Virus record (IMG/VR): IMGVR_UViG_3300021603_000005
Coordinates: 64,001 to 128,000 of that record
From: a virus
Taxonomy: Duplodnaviria; Caudoviricetes
DNA: 64,000 nucleotides
Reading direction: 5' to 3' (one strand)
The notes beneath the pieces were generated by a model, which saw nothing but the letters and a program-made list of their open reading frames with translations, did no database searches and was not told the DNA's origin. How positions within the stretch are numbered: position 1 is the first letter of the stretch; each line of letters starts with the position of its first letter. A program made the translations under genes and the position numbers. Below are positions 9,975 through 19,168 of the stretch, piece by piece.

Positions 9975-10542
9975 AACGCAATTATTGCTAAGTCTTTGTG
10001 AACAGATCGTTGGATGTAGAAAATGCGAATTGCATCGCAAAAGAACTAATCCTGTTTGTGGGTATGGAAACGCAGAAGCATCTATCATGTTTATTGGTGA
10101 GGCCCCCGGAGAACAAGAGGATAGTTGTGGTATACCGTTTACCGGTAGGTGTGGAAAGTACTTTAGGAAGTGTCTGTCAGATATTGGATTCGATACCACC
10201 CAGTGTTTCATAACCAACGCAATAAGATGTAGGCCACCCAAGAATAGAACACCAAAGCCAGACGAAATAGAGATGTGTCAGCAATGGCTACATGCTCAGC
10301 TAGACATCATCCAGCCGAAAGTAATTGTTTGCGTTGGCAAAGTGGCGGCACAAGCGATACTACGTATTCCGTCTAGCCAATCGTTACAGTCTATAATGAA
10401 CAGATGGCACGATCATTGGAAGACAGGGATTAAGACCAGGGCCATTTATCATCCTAGCTACATCATGCAGCACGGTCGTAAGTACGAACAGGTTTTTAGG
10501 AATGATCTAGTGGAGATATTGAACTATGTCCGAACCTATTAA
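9961..10542 (+). CDS. Uracil-DNA glycosylase, family 4 (Fe-S)
   Basis: CRKCELH, GEAPG, TNAIRCRPPKNR, HPSY. The likely start is TTG 9961 after GGAGG; the ORF track starts it at 9934. Confidence 0.9.
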   Translation: MSLTKTQLLLSLCEQIVGCRKCELHRKRTNPVCGYGNAEASIMFIGEAPGEQEDSCGIPFTGRCGKYFRKCLSDIGFDTTQCFITNAIRCRPPKNRTPKPDEIEMCQQWLHAQLDIIQPKVIVCVGKVAAQAILRIPSSQSLQSIMNRWHDHWKTGIKTRAIYHPSYIMQHGRKYEQVFRNDLVEILNYVRTY

Positions 10543-12265
10543 GTTTGATAGATGTGAATGTTCAATTGATCGAGGTAGATTTGACATACGCAATATCCCG
10601 CTGGATTGTCCGGTCGTGTGGGATCTAATCAGTAGTGGATACACAACCGGCATTTTCCAGTTAGAGACAAAGCTTGGACAAGACTGGGCCAGAAAAGTTA
10701 GACCGAGGAGTATTCGTGAATTGTCGGATTTAATCTCGATTCTGCGCCCCGGTCCTCTTGAATCGAATATGAGCCAGGACTATGTTGATGTTAAATTCGG
10801 CAGAAAACCAGTAGAGTATTTACACCCAGTCTTAAAACCGATTCTTGAACCCACATACTCAGCCCTACTATACCAGGAACAGAGTTTGAAAATTGCCGTT
10901 GAAATTGCTGGATTTTCTTTGATACAAGCCGACTCGCTTAGAAAAAGCCTGGGGAAGAAAGACAGTGTTTTAATGGCAAAAGCCAGGACGGAATTCGTAG
11001 AAGGTGCGGTTAAAAAGGGGCTTGTCACAAAGGCCGTGGCAGAAGAAATATTCGGATGGATTGAAAAGGGGCAAAGATATTTATTTAATCTATCGCACTC
11101 AATAAGTTATGCCACATTAGGCTACCAGACAGCGTGGATCAAGGCTCACCTCCCTCATGAGTTCTACGCGTCCTATTTAACGTATGCCAAGTTTAAGGGT
11201 GATGAAAAAGAAGAGATATACAAGCTAGTACAGGATGCCAGATTATTCGGGATAGAAACTATTCCACCAGACATTAGGCTTGGAAATCCTGAGTTTAGAC
11301 TAGTTGATGGTAGGATTGCGTATGGTCTGGCTAATGTTCGTGGTGTTGGCGATGGTGCAATCAATAGGATACTTGAGGCTGGCCAGATAACTACATGGCC
11401 AAAGTTCCTAGATGCGGTACCTGGACTTCATAGAAACGTCGGGGAAGCCCTTATCAAATCCGGTGCATGCGATTGCTATGGATTGTCAAGATCTCGCATG
11501 ATAGCTGAATTACAAGTAATACTAGGCACCAGTGTGCGGGACGAACAAGGGGAGAGAGTAGATGTCAAAGGATTAACGGATCGAGAAAAGGATTGGTTCT
11601 TTACCAATTTCCACAAATTTGGTAGCACGGTGAGTACGTTACAAGGAATGATGAACATACAGAACATAGTGCCTGTTTCTAGGTTGACAAAAAAACAGGT
11701 TATTGAAACTATACTTGAGCTTAGCGAAGGTGCTAAGCGAGACGATATATGCAAAATGAAACGAGCGGAACTCAATTGTATGTTGAAGGAACTTGGGTAT
11801 GACCCAGGCGAACAGATGCGAATTTCTCCATCTAGGAGATCTGCAATACTTGATAAGATCAAACAACTCGATATGGTTTTCGAAGATACGCCAAGAATCA
11901 AAGCCGAAGCTGAAAAGTACTTTCTTGGTATCGCGTTGTCCTGCTCTCCTGTAGACGGCGTTGGTAGCGATCAGGCTACCCATACATGTGTGGATGTTGC
12001 CAGGGCATTGAGCGGGGAAGAATGTAAGGTTTGCGCAATCATAGATATGGTTAAGCATACAAAAACGAAAAAGGGGAAGAATCCAGGTTCCCCGATGTGC
12101 TTCGTAACATTATCGGACTCTACTTATTCGCTCGACCATGCCGTTGTATTCCCTGACGCATATCAGAAAAACAAAGATTTGTGTACTGAGGATTTAATCG
12201 TGTTAGTAACGGGGACAAAAAGAGATGGTTCTTTTATTGTCTCTGACATGAAAAAGTTGATATAA
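10526..12265 (+). CDS. dnaE: DNA polymerase III alpha (DnaE), C-terminal subunit: fingers, HhH and OB
   Basis: IPLD...GIFQLE, LRPGPL, LYQEQ, YLFNLSHSISYA, GLANVRGVG, ALIKSGACD, EKYFLG and OB fold MCFVTLSD. Confidence 0.92.
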   Translation: MSEPIKFDRCECSIDRGRFDIRNIPLDCPVVWDLISSGYTTGIFQLETKLGQDWARKVRPRSIRELSDLISILRPGPLESNMSQDYVDVKFGRKPVEYLHPVLKPILEPTYSALLYQEQSLKIAVEIAGFSLIQADSLRKSLGKKDSVLMAKARTEFVEGAVKKGLVTKAVAEEIFGWIEKGQRYLFNLSHSISYATLGYQTAWIKAHLPHEFYASYLTYAKFKGDEKEEIYKLVQDARLFGIETIPPDIRLGNPEFRLVDGRIAYGLANVRGVGDGAINRILEAGQITTWPKFLDAVPGLHRNVGEALIKSGACDCYGLSRSRMIAELQVILGTSVRDEQGERVDVKGLTDREKDWFFTNFHKFGSTVSTLQGMMNIQNIVPVSRLTKKQVIETILELSEGAKRDDICKMKRAELNCMLKELGYDPGEQMRISPSRRSAILDKIKQLDMVFEDTPRIKAEAEKYFLGIALSCSPVDGVGSDQATHTCVDVARALSGEECKVCAIIDMVKHTKTKKGKNPGSPMCFVTLSDSTYSLDHAVVFPDAYQKNKDLCTEDLIVLVTGTKRDGSFIVSDMKKLI

Positions 12266-12299
12266 GTGGCTGTAAACTATAATATAGGAGGACAGAACT

Positions 12300-12746
12300 A
12301 TGAATCTAAACGGCTTACAGTGTGTCGGTCGTGGTAACTTGGTTTCAAAACCCGAGTCCAGAAATATCGGTACCAAGGGGACCGTTGTAACGAATGCAAG
12401 AATCGCATTTAATCGCTACTATAAGCAGGGCGAAGATCGTAAAAAGGAAACGGTGTTTCTTGACGTTTGTGCATTCAATTCGCTAGCTAAACGATTGTCT
12501 GCTTTTGACAAAGGCGACTTTTTGCTGGTTACAGGCACAATCACAGACGATTCGTATCAATCGAAGGATCACGGCACGATTACTAAGATGAAGGTTTTGC
12601 TAGAAAGTGTTGACCGAGTATATACGGTAGATGCCAATAGCAAGAATGACAAACCCAACACACCGGTCCCTAATAAACCAGAGCCGCAAGATACATCAAA
12701 CAGTGTGGATTCCGGAGATTACGATAGCGACATTATTCCGTTTTAA
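12300..12746 (+). CDS. ssb: Single-stranded DNA-binding protein
   Basis: GNLVSKPE OB-fold pattern, KGDFLLVTG, acidic tail ending DSDIIPF; GGAGG ribosome-binding site upstream. Confidence 0.9.
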   Translation: MNLNGLQCVGRGNLVSKPESRNIGTKGTVVTNARIAFNRYYKQGEDRKKETVFLDVCAFNSLAKRLSAFDKGDFLLVTGTITDDSYQSKDHGTITKMKVLLESVDRVYTVDANSKNDKPNTPVPNKPEPQDTSNSVDSGDYDSDIIPF

Positions 12747-12766
12747 CTCAGAAAGATAACTGGGGC

Positions 12767-15454
12767 ATGAGTAAAAAACGATTATTGTTTGTTGGTGAAG
12801 CTAGCTATCTAGCTACTGGTTTTTCTACATACTGGAATGAAGTTATTAAACGCATTAACGCAACCGGTAGGTTCGAGGTAGCGGAATTTGGGTCGTATGC
12901 TAGCGATTCAGATCCAAGAAATCAATGTGTTCCATGGAAGTTCTACCCCAACGCACCAGACCCCAATGACCAAGTAGCCAATCAGGCGTACCATTCGAGA
13001 CAAACAAATCAGTTTGGCGAATGGAGATTTAGCGATGTGCTGTTAGATTGGAAACCGGATTGTGTTTGCGTTCCTCCAGGAACAAATATTGAAACGCCGC
13101 GTGGTCCTGTGCCTATAGAAAACATTAAAGTTGGTGATTATGTTATTAGCCACAAAGGGGTTCCCAGGCGAGTCACCAAAACCATGCGAAGGCAACACGT
13201 TGGGGATATCTCTAATATCTATATTTTTGGTGACAACAGAACATATAGACTCACCAACGAACATCCTGTTTTAGTGATAAGGAGTAAAAAGCGTACATGG
13301 AAAGAGCGAGATGTTCGACAAAGGCATTTTGCTAAAGATGCAGAGTTTATACCAGCATCTAAAGTTGGGGTAAATGATTATGTTGTTATTCCAATATATA
13401 GTGGACATAAAATAGACAACATCAATCTGAAGAATCACCTATCGCAATTTGTTGAACTAGACAATAGACTATACCCTGTTGGACATAGGGATTGTACCGA
13501 TTTTTCATTACCAAGCCAACTGGATATTACGCAAGATTTAGCAAGATTCTTAGGATATTATTGTGCTGAGGGAAGTGTTAACCGAGGCAGTATAGAACTA
13601 TGTTTTGGTTTCTATGAAAATAAATTTGTGGACGACGTATTATCTTTGGGAAAAGAGTTGTTCGGATTAACTGGTGTTGCAACAGCAAATAGGGATCGTG
13701 GAAATAGAACGGTACGATTTTGTTCTATATTATTGTCCAAATTCATGGAATCGATATGTGGCCGCGGCGCTCACAATAAAGTTGTTCCTGATTGTATCTA
13801 TCAAAACAATAATTGCGATATTGTTAAAGGATTTTTGACTGGATTTATTCGTGGTGACGGAACATACAAGTACGATACTGTATCAGCCACTACAGTGTCA
13901 AAAATCATGGCACATCAAATCAGACAATTATCCCTACGGATAGGGGTAAGAACATCAATAAAATTCAGAAAAAACAAAGGAAGTAAGCTGGTTCCTGGAA
14001 CTGGGCCGTCGTATGATATTGATGCGTATGGTGGACACGCCCGCAATATGCATAGAATTGTGCAAAAGCACGAGGAATTGCCGACAAGAATACTCGATGA
14101 TCCGAAACACTTAGATAAGGCGGGGAAAGGCTGGATTGATGAGAATTATTTATTACTTCCCGTGCGGAGAATTAGAAAAACACAGTATCGTGGACAGGTA
14201 TATAATCTTGAAGTCGAAGAAGATAATAGTTATGTAACGGGGTTCGCTGTCCATAATTGCCAAATTCGCGATTTTTGGATGGATGAGTTCGTACTAAGAT
14301 CCCCTCTTAGGAGTAACTTCAAGGTCATTTGGATGCCGACTATAGACGGCGCACCCCAACGCAAGCTATGGGTAGACACATACAAGCAGTGCGATGCGAT
14401 AATGACATATTCCCAATGGGGCAAAGATCTGCTTGAAAAGGAATATGACATAAGAGTAACCGCCGTGGCATCCCCTGGTGCTGAACTAGATCTATTCAAG
14501 CCCGTTCCAGATAAAGGGGCGCATAAAGCCAAACACGGGATAGACCCTTCGTCGTTCATTATTGGTACGGTGATGCGAAATCAAAAACGCAAGCTGTATG
14601 TAGACTTGATAGAAGCGTTTGCTGAATGGCTACGCTCGTCAAAGAAAAGTTCCCATCTAGATATTGCGAAGAAAACGTATCTGTATCTACACACCAGCTA
14701 TCCGGATGTAGGGTATGATATCGGTGACGCAATACAAAAGTTCAAAGTTGGCAACAAGGTATTGATGACGTACCTATGCTCTGCTTGTGGAACTGCATAT
14801 CCATCGTTCTTCTCCGGAGAATGGGCGCACTGTCGAAGATGCGGTAAACTAGCGGCACATCCGCCAAATGCAAATCATTCTGTTGGTAGAGATGTTCTTG
14901 CCAGCATATACAATATCTTTGATGTGTATGTACAATATTCCATCTGTCTACATCCAGATACGCCAATATTACTTAGTGATTACACACACAAACGAATAGC
15001 AGATATTAAGTCCGGAGACCAAATCGTAAACGGGAATGGCGATGTTGTCAAAGTCAACTGGTGTAAACAGACTAATGATACGTCATCTACTGTTGAGATC
15101 AAAACATACGAGAATGATAAGCCGGTTATAGTCACACACGACCATCGTGTTTTGACAATGAATGAAAACAATGAGCTAGTATTTTTGGAAGCGAAAGATC
15201 TTCAGGATAAATGGGTGGTTTGTCCAATCAACAATGCAAAAATCTTTGATGCAATTGGGGTGTGTAATCCAAAAAGAAATAGTAAACACAGAAAGAAGCA
15301 TAAGAATTATCTGCTAATTAAAGTCAAGTCGGTTAAGCAAAGCAACTACACTGGTCCAGTTTACGACCTTGCAGTCGTTTCACCGAAAGGGGGTGATGCC
15401 AACTCTCGCAGTTTCGTTGCGAACCATTTCGTAACACACAACTGTGAGGGTTGA
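12767..15454 (+). CDS. GT-B (GT4-like) glycosyltransferase, N-terminal part, with two inteins
   Basis: GEASYLATGF..Y, IGTVMRNQKRK, LYLHTSYPD and YNIFDVYVQYSI|intein|CEG. A TGA falls inside the E-G-x-G-x-P-x-x-E motif. Confidence 0.85.
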   Translation: MSKKRLLFVGEASYLATGFSTYWNEVIKRINATGRFEVAEFGSYASDSDPRNQCVPWKFYPNAPDPNDQVANQAYHSRQTNQFGEWRFSDVLLDWKPDCVCVPPGTNIETPRGPVPIENIKVGDYVISHKGVPRRVTKTMRRQHVGDISNIYIFGDNRTYRLTNEHPVLVIRSKKRTWKERDVRQRHFAKDAEFIPASKVGVNDYVVIPIYSGHKIDNINLKNHLSQFVELDNRLYPVGHRDCTDFSLPSQLDITQDLARFLGYYCAEGSVNRGSIELCFGFYENKFVDDVLSLGKELFGLTGVATANRDRGNRTVRFCSILLSKFMESICGRGAHNKVVPDCIYQNNNCDIVKGFLTGFIRGDGTYKYDTVSATTVSKIMAHQIRQLSLRIGVRTSIKFRKNKGSKLVPGTGPSYDIDAYGGHARNMHRIVQKHEELPTRILDDPKHLDKAGKGWIDENYLLLPVRRIRKTQYRGQVYNLEVEEDNSYVTGFAVHNCQIRDFWMDEFVLRSPLRSNFKVIWMPTIDGAPQRKLWVDTYKQCDAIMTYSQWGKDLLEKEYDIRVTAVASPGAELDLFKPVPDKGAHKAKHGIDPSSFIIGTVMRNQKRKLYVDLIEAFAEWLRSSKKSSHLDIAKKTYLYLHTSYPDVGYDIGDAIQKFKVGNKVLMTYLCSACGTAYPSFFSGEWAHCRRCGKLAAHPPNANHSVGRDVLASIYNIFDVYVQYSICLHPDTPILLSDYTHKRIADIKSGDQIVNGNGDVVKVNWCKQTNDTSSTVEIKTYENDKPVIVTHDHRVLTMNENNELVFLEAKDLQDKWVVCPINNAKIFDAIGVCNPKRNSKHRKKHKNYLLIKVKSVKQSNYTGPVYDLAVVSPKGGDANSRSFVANHFVTHNCEG
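13067..14257 (+). mobile_element. Intein with LAGLIDADG homing endonuclease (397 aa)
   Basis: Starts CVPPGTNIETPRG; block B LTNEHPV; LAGLIDADG blocks LGYYCAEG and FLTGFIRGDG; ends VYNLEVEEDNSYVTGFAVHN followed by Cys+1. Exteins rejoin as KPDCV-CQIRDFWM. Confidence 0.93.
14945..15442 (+). mobile_element. Mini-intein without endonuclease (166 aa)
   Basis: Starts CLHPDTPILL; block B VTHDHRV; ends YTGPVYDL...SFVANHFVTHN followed by Cys+1. Confidence 0.92.
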
Positions 15455-16159
15455 CTAGGCTGGGGTATGCCGATCACCGAGGCTATGGCGACATCGTGTC
15501 CCGCAATGGTTGTAAATTATTCTGCTATGGAAGATCATGCAAAAATGCCGGGTGGTATTCCAATTAATGTTGAAAGGTTTTTCTACGAAGCAGTAATAGA
15601 AACAGAACAGCGCAGAGCGCTACCTAGCAATAAACATTTTGGCGAACAATTAACCCGCATTATAAAGATGAGGCCAGAGCAAAGGACAGAACTGGCAAGA
15701 CGAACACATGAGTATATGGTTGAACCAGCGGACGTATTTGGTCAAACAGAAAAACTACCGCGATTTGGATACGATAGAACAGCGGCAATATGGATGAATG
15801 TTATTGATTCCATAGGGGTGTTAGATAGGTCTAAGACATGGGATAGAAAGGAACCGAACTACCGGGTTCCAGACCTAAAAGCACCGAATAGGGTGATGAG
15901 CAATACCGAGTTTGTGAGGTGGGCTATAACTAGCATTATGCGTAGGCCGGATCTTGCCACATCGTTCATGGCAAATGAATGGATCAGGTGGTTGAATTGT
16001 GGATTTAAGATAGAGGGAAACCAAAGGGTTCCGTGTGATCGAAATACCATAGCGAACATGGCTATACAGATTGTTAACGAATATAACGGTGCCGAAAAAA
16101 TGAGGGCGGATAGCTTGGTTGCTCGAAACAATAGCGAAATTGGGTTCACGGTGTTGTAA
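15455..16159 (+). CDS. GT4-like glycosyltransferase, C-terminal continuation in the same frame as 12767..15454
   Basis: After the TGA the same frame reads LGWGMPITEAMATSCP, completing the EGxGxPxxEA motif. First ATG is at 15467. Confidence 0.8.
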   Translation, partial: LGWGMPITEAMATSCPAMVVNYSAMEDHAKMPGGIPINVERFFYEAVIETEQRRALPSNKHFGEQLTRIIKMRPEQRTELARRTHEYMVEPADVFGQTEKLPRFGYDRTAAIWMNVIDSIGVLDRSKTWDRKEPNYRVPDLKAPNRVMSNTEFVRWAITSIMRRPDLATSFMANEWIRWLNCGFKIEGNQRVPCDRNTIANMAIQIVNEYNGAEKMRADSLVARNNSEIGFTVL

Positions 16160-17352
16160 TGCGTGTACTGTATATATCTGTCTATAAGGATGGTACCGGT
16201 TATAGTCATGCTGCGATAGAAACTATCTTGGCGTGCGAAAGGGCCGGAATCGATGTCGTATGCAGACCAATATCTATGTCCCCGATGAACGGTATTGATG
16301 ATGCCAAACGAATTCAACACCTAGAATGCAAACCGCTAAACAACGTTGATGTAGTCATACAGCATTCGCTTCCACACACATTCGAGTATAAGAGCGGCGT
16401 TAAAAACATAGGGGTATTTAGCTGGGAAACAACGCATTTTAGAAATTCAACATGGGCAGAGCATTGCAATCTGATGGATGAGATATGGACATCATCTATT
16501 GTTGCAAAGCAGGCTATTATCAATAGCGGAGTAACAAAGCCTGTGCGAGTTATTCCTATCCCATGTAATGCGAACAAGTACAGTAGCACAACAAATCCAA
16601 TAGCACTTCCTGGCAAATCGAACCAAACCGTATTCTATACGATAGGCGAATATACCAGACGCAAAAATATCGTCGGAGTCATTCGATCATATTTTCATGC
16701 CTTTACGCCAGACGACAATGTGGTTCTGGTAATAAAAACATCCTTCCCTGGAATAAAGGATAACGCAGCACAACAACAGATCTCGCAAATAGTTGACGAT
16801 ATCAAAATGTCAACACATATCTATCAAAACCCAAGGGATTATCCACCAATCATAGTTATTACGCGACGAATGTCTGATGAACACATAGGACAACTTCACA
16901 AATCCGGTACGTTTTTTGTGTCTCCGTCTCACGGAGAGGCGTGGTGTATTCCAGCCATGGATGCGCTTGGTTATGGCAATCCTGTTATAGCATCTAATTG
17001 GGGTAGTTTCCCAGAGTTGCTAATGGATTTTGATAACGCCAAGAAATTCTTCGATCCGGACAGTATGTCATTTGAATATCCAGGAGATGTTCCTGGCGGC
17101 TACCTAATCAAAGGACAACTATCCCCATGTTTTGCTCCGGACGGTGGATTTAACGACCTGTACACAGGCAAAGAAGAATGGTTCGAGCCAAATCTGTGCC
17201 ACCTATCTAATATTCTCCGTCGTGCATACGACATTCATCAATGCCAACCAGATGTATTTGCCCAAAAAAGAATCAGTGCATCTATGCGAGCAAGGGCATT
17301 TGATCATGCTAGTGTTGGCGATAGAATAAAGTTGGCACTGACACAGGAGTAG
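16159..17352 (+). CDS. GT4-like (GT-B) glycosyltransferase
   Basis: GTGYSHAA, FSWET, FYTIGEYTRRKN, FVSPSHGEAWCIPAMDALGYGNPVI. Confidence 0.88.
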   Translation: MRVLYISVYKDGTGYSHAAIETILACERAGIDVVCRPISMSPMNGIDDAKRIQHLECKPLNNVDVVIQHSLPHTFEYKSGVKNIGVFSWETTHFRNSTWAEHCNLMDEIWTSSIVAKQAIINSGVTKPVRVIPIPCNANKYSSTTNPIALPGKSNQTVFYTIGEYTRRKNIVGVIRSYFHAFTPDDNVVLVIKTSFPGIKDNAAQQQISQIVDDIKMSTHIYQNPRDYPPIIVITRRMSDEHIGQLHKSGTFFVSPSHGEAWCIPAMDALGYGNPVIASNWGSFPELLMDFDNAKKFFDPDSMSFEYPGDVPGGYLIKGQLSPCFAPDGGFNDLYTGKEEWFEPNLCHLSNILRRAYDIHQCQPDVFAQKRISASMRARAFDHASVGDRIKLALTQE

Positions 17353-17354
17353 AA

Positions 17355-18326
17355 ATGCCCACACAGATATCTAGAATACTAAGGTGTGTTAATAGGGATC
17401 TTGATAGACCCCTAAACATCCTGTGTTCTCCAACTCACGAAGCATATGAAACAATGATATGTAAAACCGGCCATAGGTTCTATTCTTTACAACATCCGAA
17501 TCTAAAACAATGGAACTGTAGGTCTAGGCCATATCCGGCCAACTATCAACCCATAAATCATAACGCCCTACCGCACGATGTTGTTTTTGATGTGGTGCTA
17601 TCTCAAAGCAAGTGGGGGCAGTTTCAGATTCTGGGGCAAATTGCTCAGGCACTGGGATGTCCATTGATTCAACTAGAGCATACCGTTCCCATACAGGGGG
17701 TAAACGAACAGCAGATTAAACAAATGAAGGGTATGAAGGGCACTGTAAATGTGTACATATGTAAATGGTCTGCTGATCAGTGGGGAGATAATGCGGGCGT
17801 TGCTATAGAACACGGAATTGACACAAACGTATTTTGCGGATGGAACGGCGCTATAGGCGGCGTTTTATCAGTGGTCAATCAGTTTAGAGAACGAGATAGT
17901 TTATTGGGATTTTCTCTATGGAAACATGTGACGAACGGATTACAGACAAATCTTGTTGGCAATAATCCTGGTTTGTCTCAGGAAGCAACGAGCACAGACG
18001 ATTTGGTAAATAGATACAGAACAGCGGGAGTGTTTTTGAATACGTCGTTGCAGTCAACATACCCGATGGCTATGATAGAGGCTATGGCCGTTGGGTGTCC
18101 CGTAGTATCAACACCGACATGCGCTATCCCAACTATTATCCAAGATGGCATTAACGGAATGCTTGGCTATACCCCGGAAGAATTGCGGTCCAAGCTTGAG
18201 TTGTTACTAAGAGATAAGGGGCTAGCTCGAACCATAGGAGAGGCTGGACGACAAACTGTACTGCAACGTTTCGGTGAATCAAGATTTATCGAAGACTGGA
18301 ACAATCTGTTTCGAGCATTATCATGA
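17355..18326 (+). CDS. GT4-like (GT-B) glycosyltransferase
   Basis: HGIDTNVF, FLNTSLQSTYPMAMIEAMAVGCPVVS, IQDGING, IGEAGRQTV. Confidence 0.88.
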   Translation: MPTQISRILRCVNRDLDRPLNILCSPTHEAYETMICKTGHRFYSLQHPNLKQWNCRSRPYPANYQPINHNALPHDVVFDVVLSQSKWGQFQILGQIAQALGCPLIQLEHTVPIQGVNEQQIKQMKGMKGTVNVYICKWSADQWGDNAGVAIEHGIDTNVFCGWNGAIGGVLSVVNQFRERDSLLGFSLWKHVTNGLQTNLVGNNPGLSQEATSTDDLVNRYRTAGVFLNTSLQSTYPMAMIEAMAVGCPVVSTPTCAIPTIIQDGINGMLGYTPEELRSKLELLLRDKGLARTIGEAGRQTVLQRFGESRFIEDWNNLFRALS

Positions 18327-19168
18327 AATTCAGTATAGTAATGTCGTATTTTCGGCGACCCCAATTGCTTTGTAGAACACTGGAGTCTATTCATAGACAA
18401 ACCAATAAGCCATGTTACGAAATTATCGTCATTAACGATGATGTCAGCGATACTACAAGAGATGCAGAACTAACGGAAATATGTCGTCTTTACAAAGAAA
18501 GAATGCGATGCGATATAAGGCTGTTTATCACCGGGCGCACAACCCCGTGTCGTGGACCTGCATTACCATGGAATATTGGGGCTAAATTTGCAAGTGGCGA
18601 TATTCTAGTAATTCAGAATCCAGAATGTATGCACGTAGGGTGCGTATTAGATAATCTTAGAGCGATATTCGAATCACGCGCAAACCAGTATGTGTCTGTC
18701 AGGTGCGTATCGCTTAAACCGAATGATGATGTGGTGATAGATGCGTGTAACGCCGGATTGTTAGACTACAACAAAATACGTGAATTAGATCATCCGGCAA
18801 GACAGGAATATATTGGGCCTACAAATCCCCGATTGCTATATTTCTGTGGAGCGTTGCCGCGACAATTGTTCTATGATATAGGCGGGATAGAGGAATCGTT
18901 CGTCAGGCTGGCATACGAAGACGACTTCTTTATTTACACAGTACAGAAGAATAATATACCAGCGAATATCGTGGGTAATAAAGAGTGGTATGTTATGCAC
19001 CAATGGCATCCGACCTATTTGACTAACGAGTACTGGTCGGCATTACGTGAAAGCCAGGGGCATTACAATTTGTTGTTACGACAGATAAACCAAAACCAAA
19101 GATCTCCAATTGCAAATCTAGGAAGGCAATGGGGTGAGTTGGGTTCTGGACACGAGGTCATACTGTGA
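18323..19168 (+). CDS. GT2-like (GT-A) glycosyltransferase
   Basis: FSIVMSYFRR, EIIVIND, NIGAKFASGDIL, IGGIEESF..LAYED, HQWH. Confidence 0.85.
   Translation: MKFSIVMSYFRRPQLLCRTLESIHRQTNKPCYEIIVINDDVSDTTRDAELTEICRLYKERMRCDIRLFITGRTTPCRGPALPWNIGAKFASGDILVIQNPECMHVGCVLDNLRAIFESRANQYVSVRCVSLKPNDDVVIDACNAGLLDYNKIRELDHPARQEYIGPTNPRLLYFCGALPRQLFYDIGGIEESFVRLAYEDDFFIYTVQKNNIPANIVGNKEWYVMHQWHPTYLTNEYWSALRESQGHYNLLLRQINQNQRSPIANLGRQWGELGSGHEVIL

Noticed and set aside
9480-10600. Split intein or self-splicing intron joining the DnaE halves
   Set aside because: There is no Cys/Ser-initiated N-intein or HN-C terminus at either end, and the gap is fully occupied by two overlapping protein genes with no non-coding room.
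12257-12283. Sigma70-like promoter TTGATA...TATAAT upstream of ssb
   Set aside because: The spacer is only 15 nt and I found no second example, so it is too weak to call.
15452-15454. Genome-wide TGA reassignment (code 4 or 25) as the explanation for the GT stop
   Set aside because: Several genes end cleanly at TGA, some in ATGA-type overlaps (e.g. 2592, 18326), and no other gene is fragmented. Trp or Gly at this codon would still leave the motif three residues too long.
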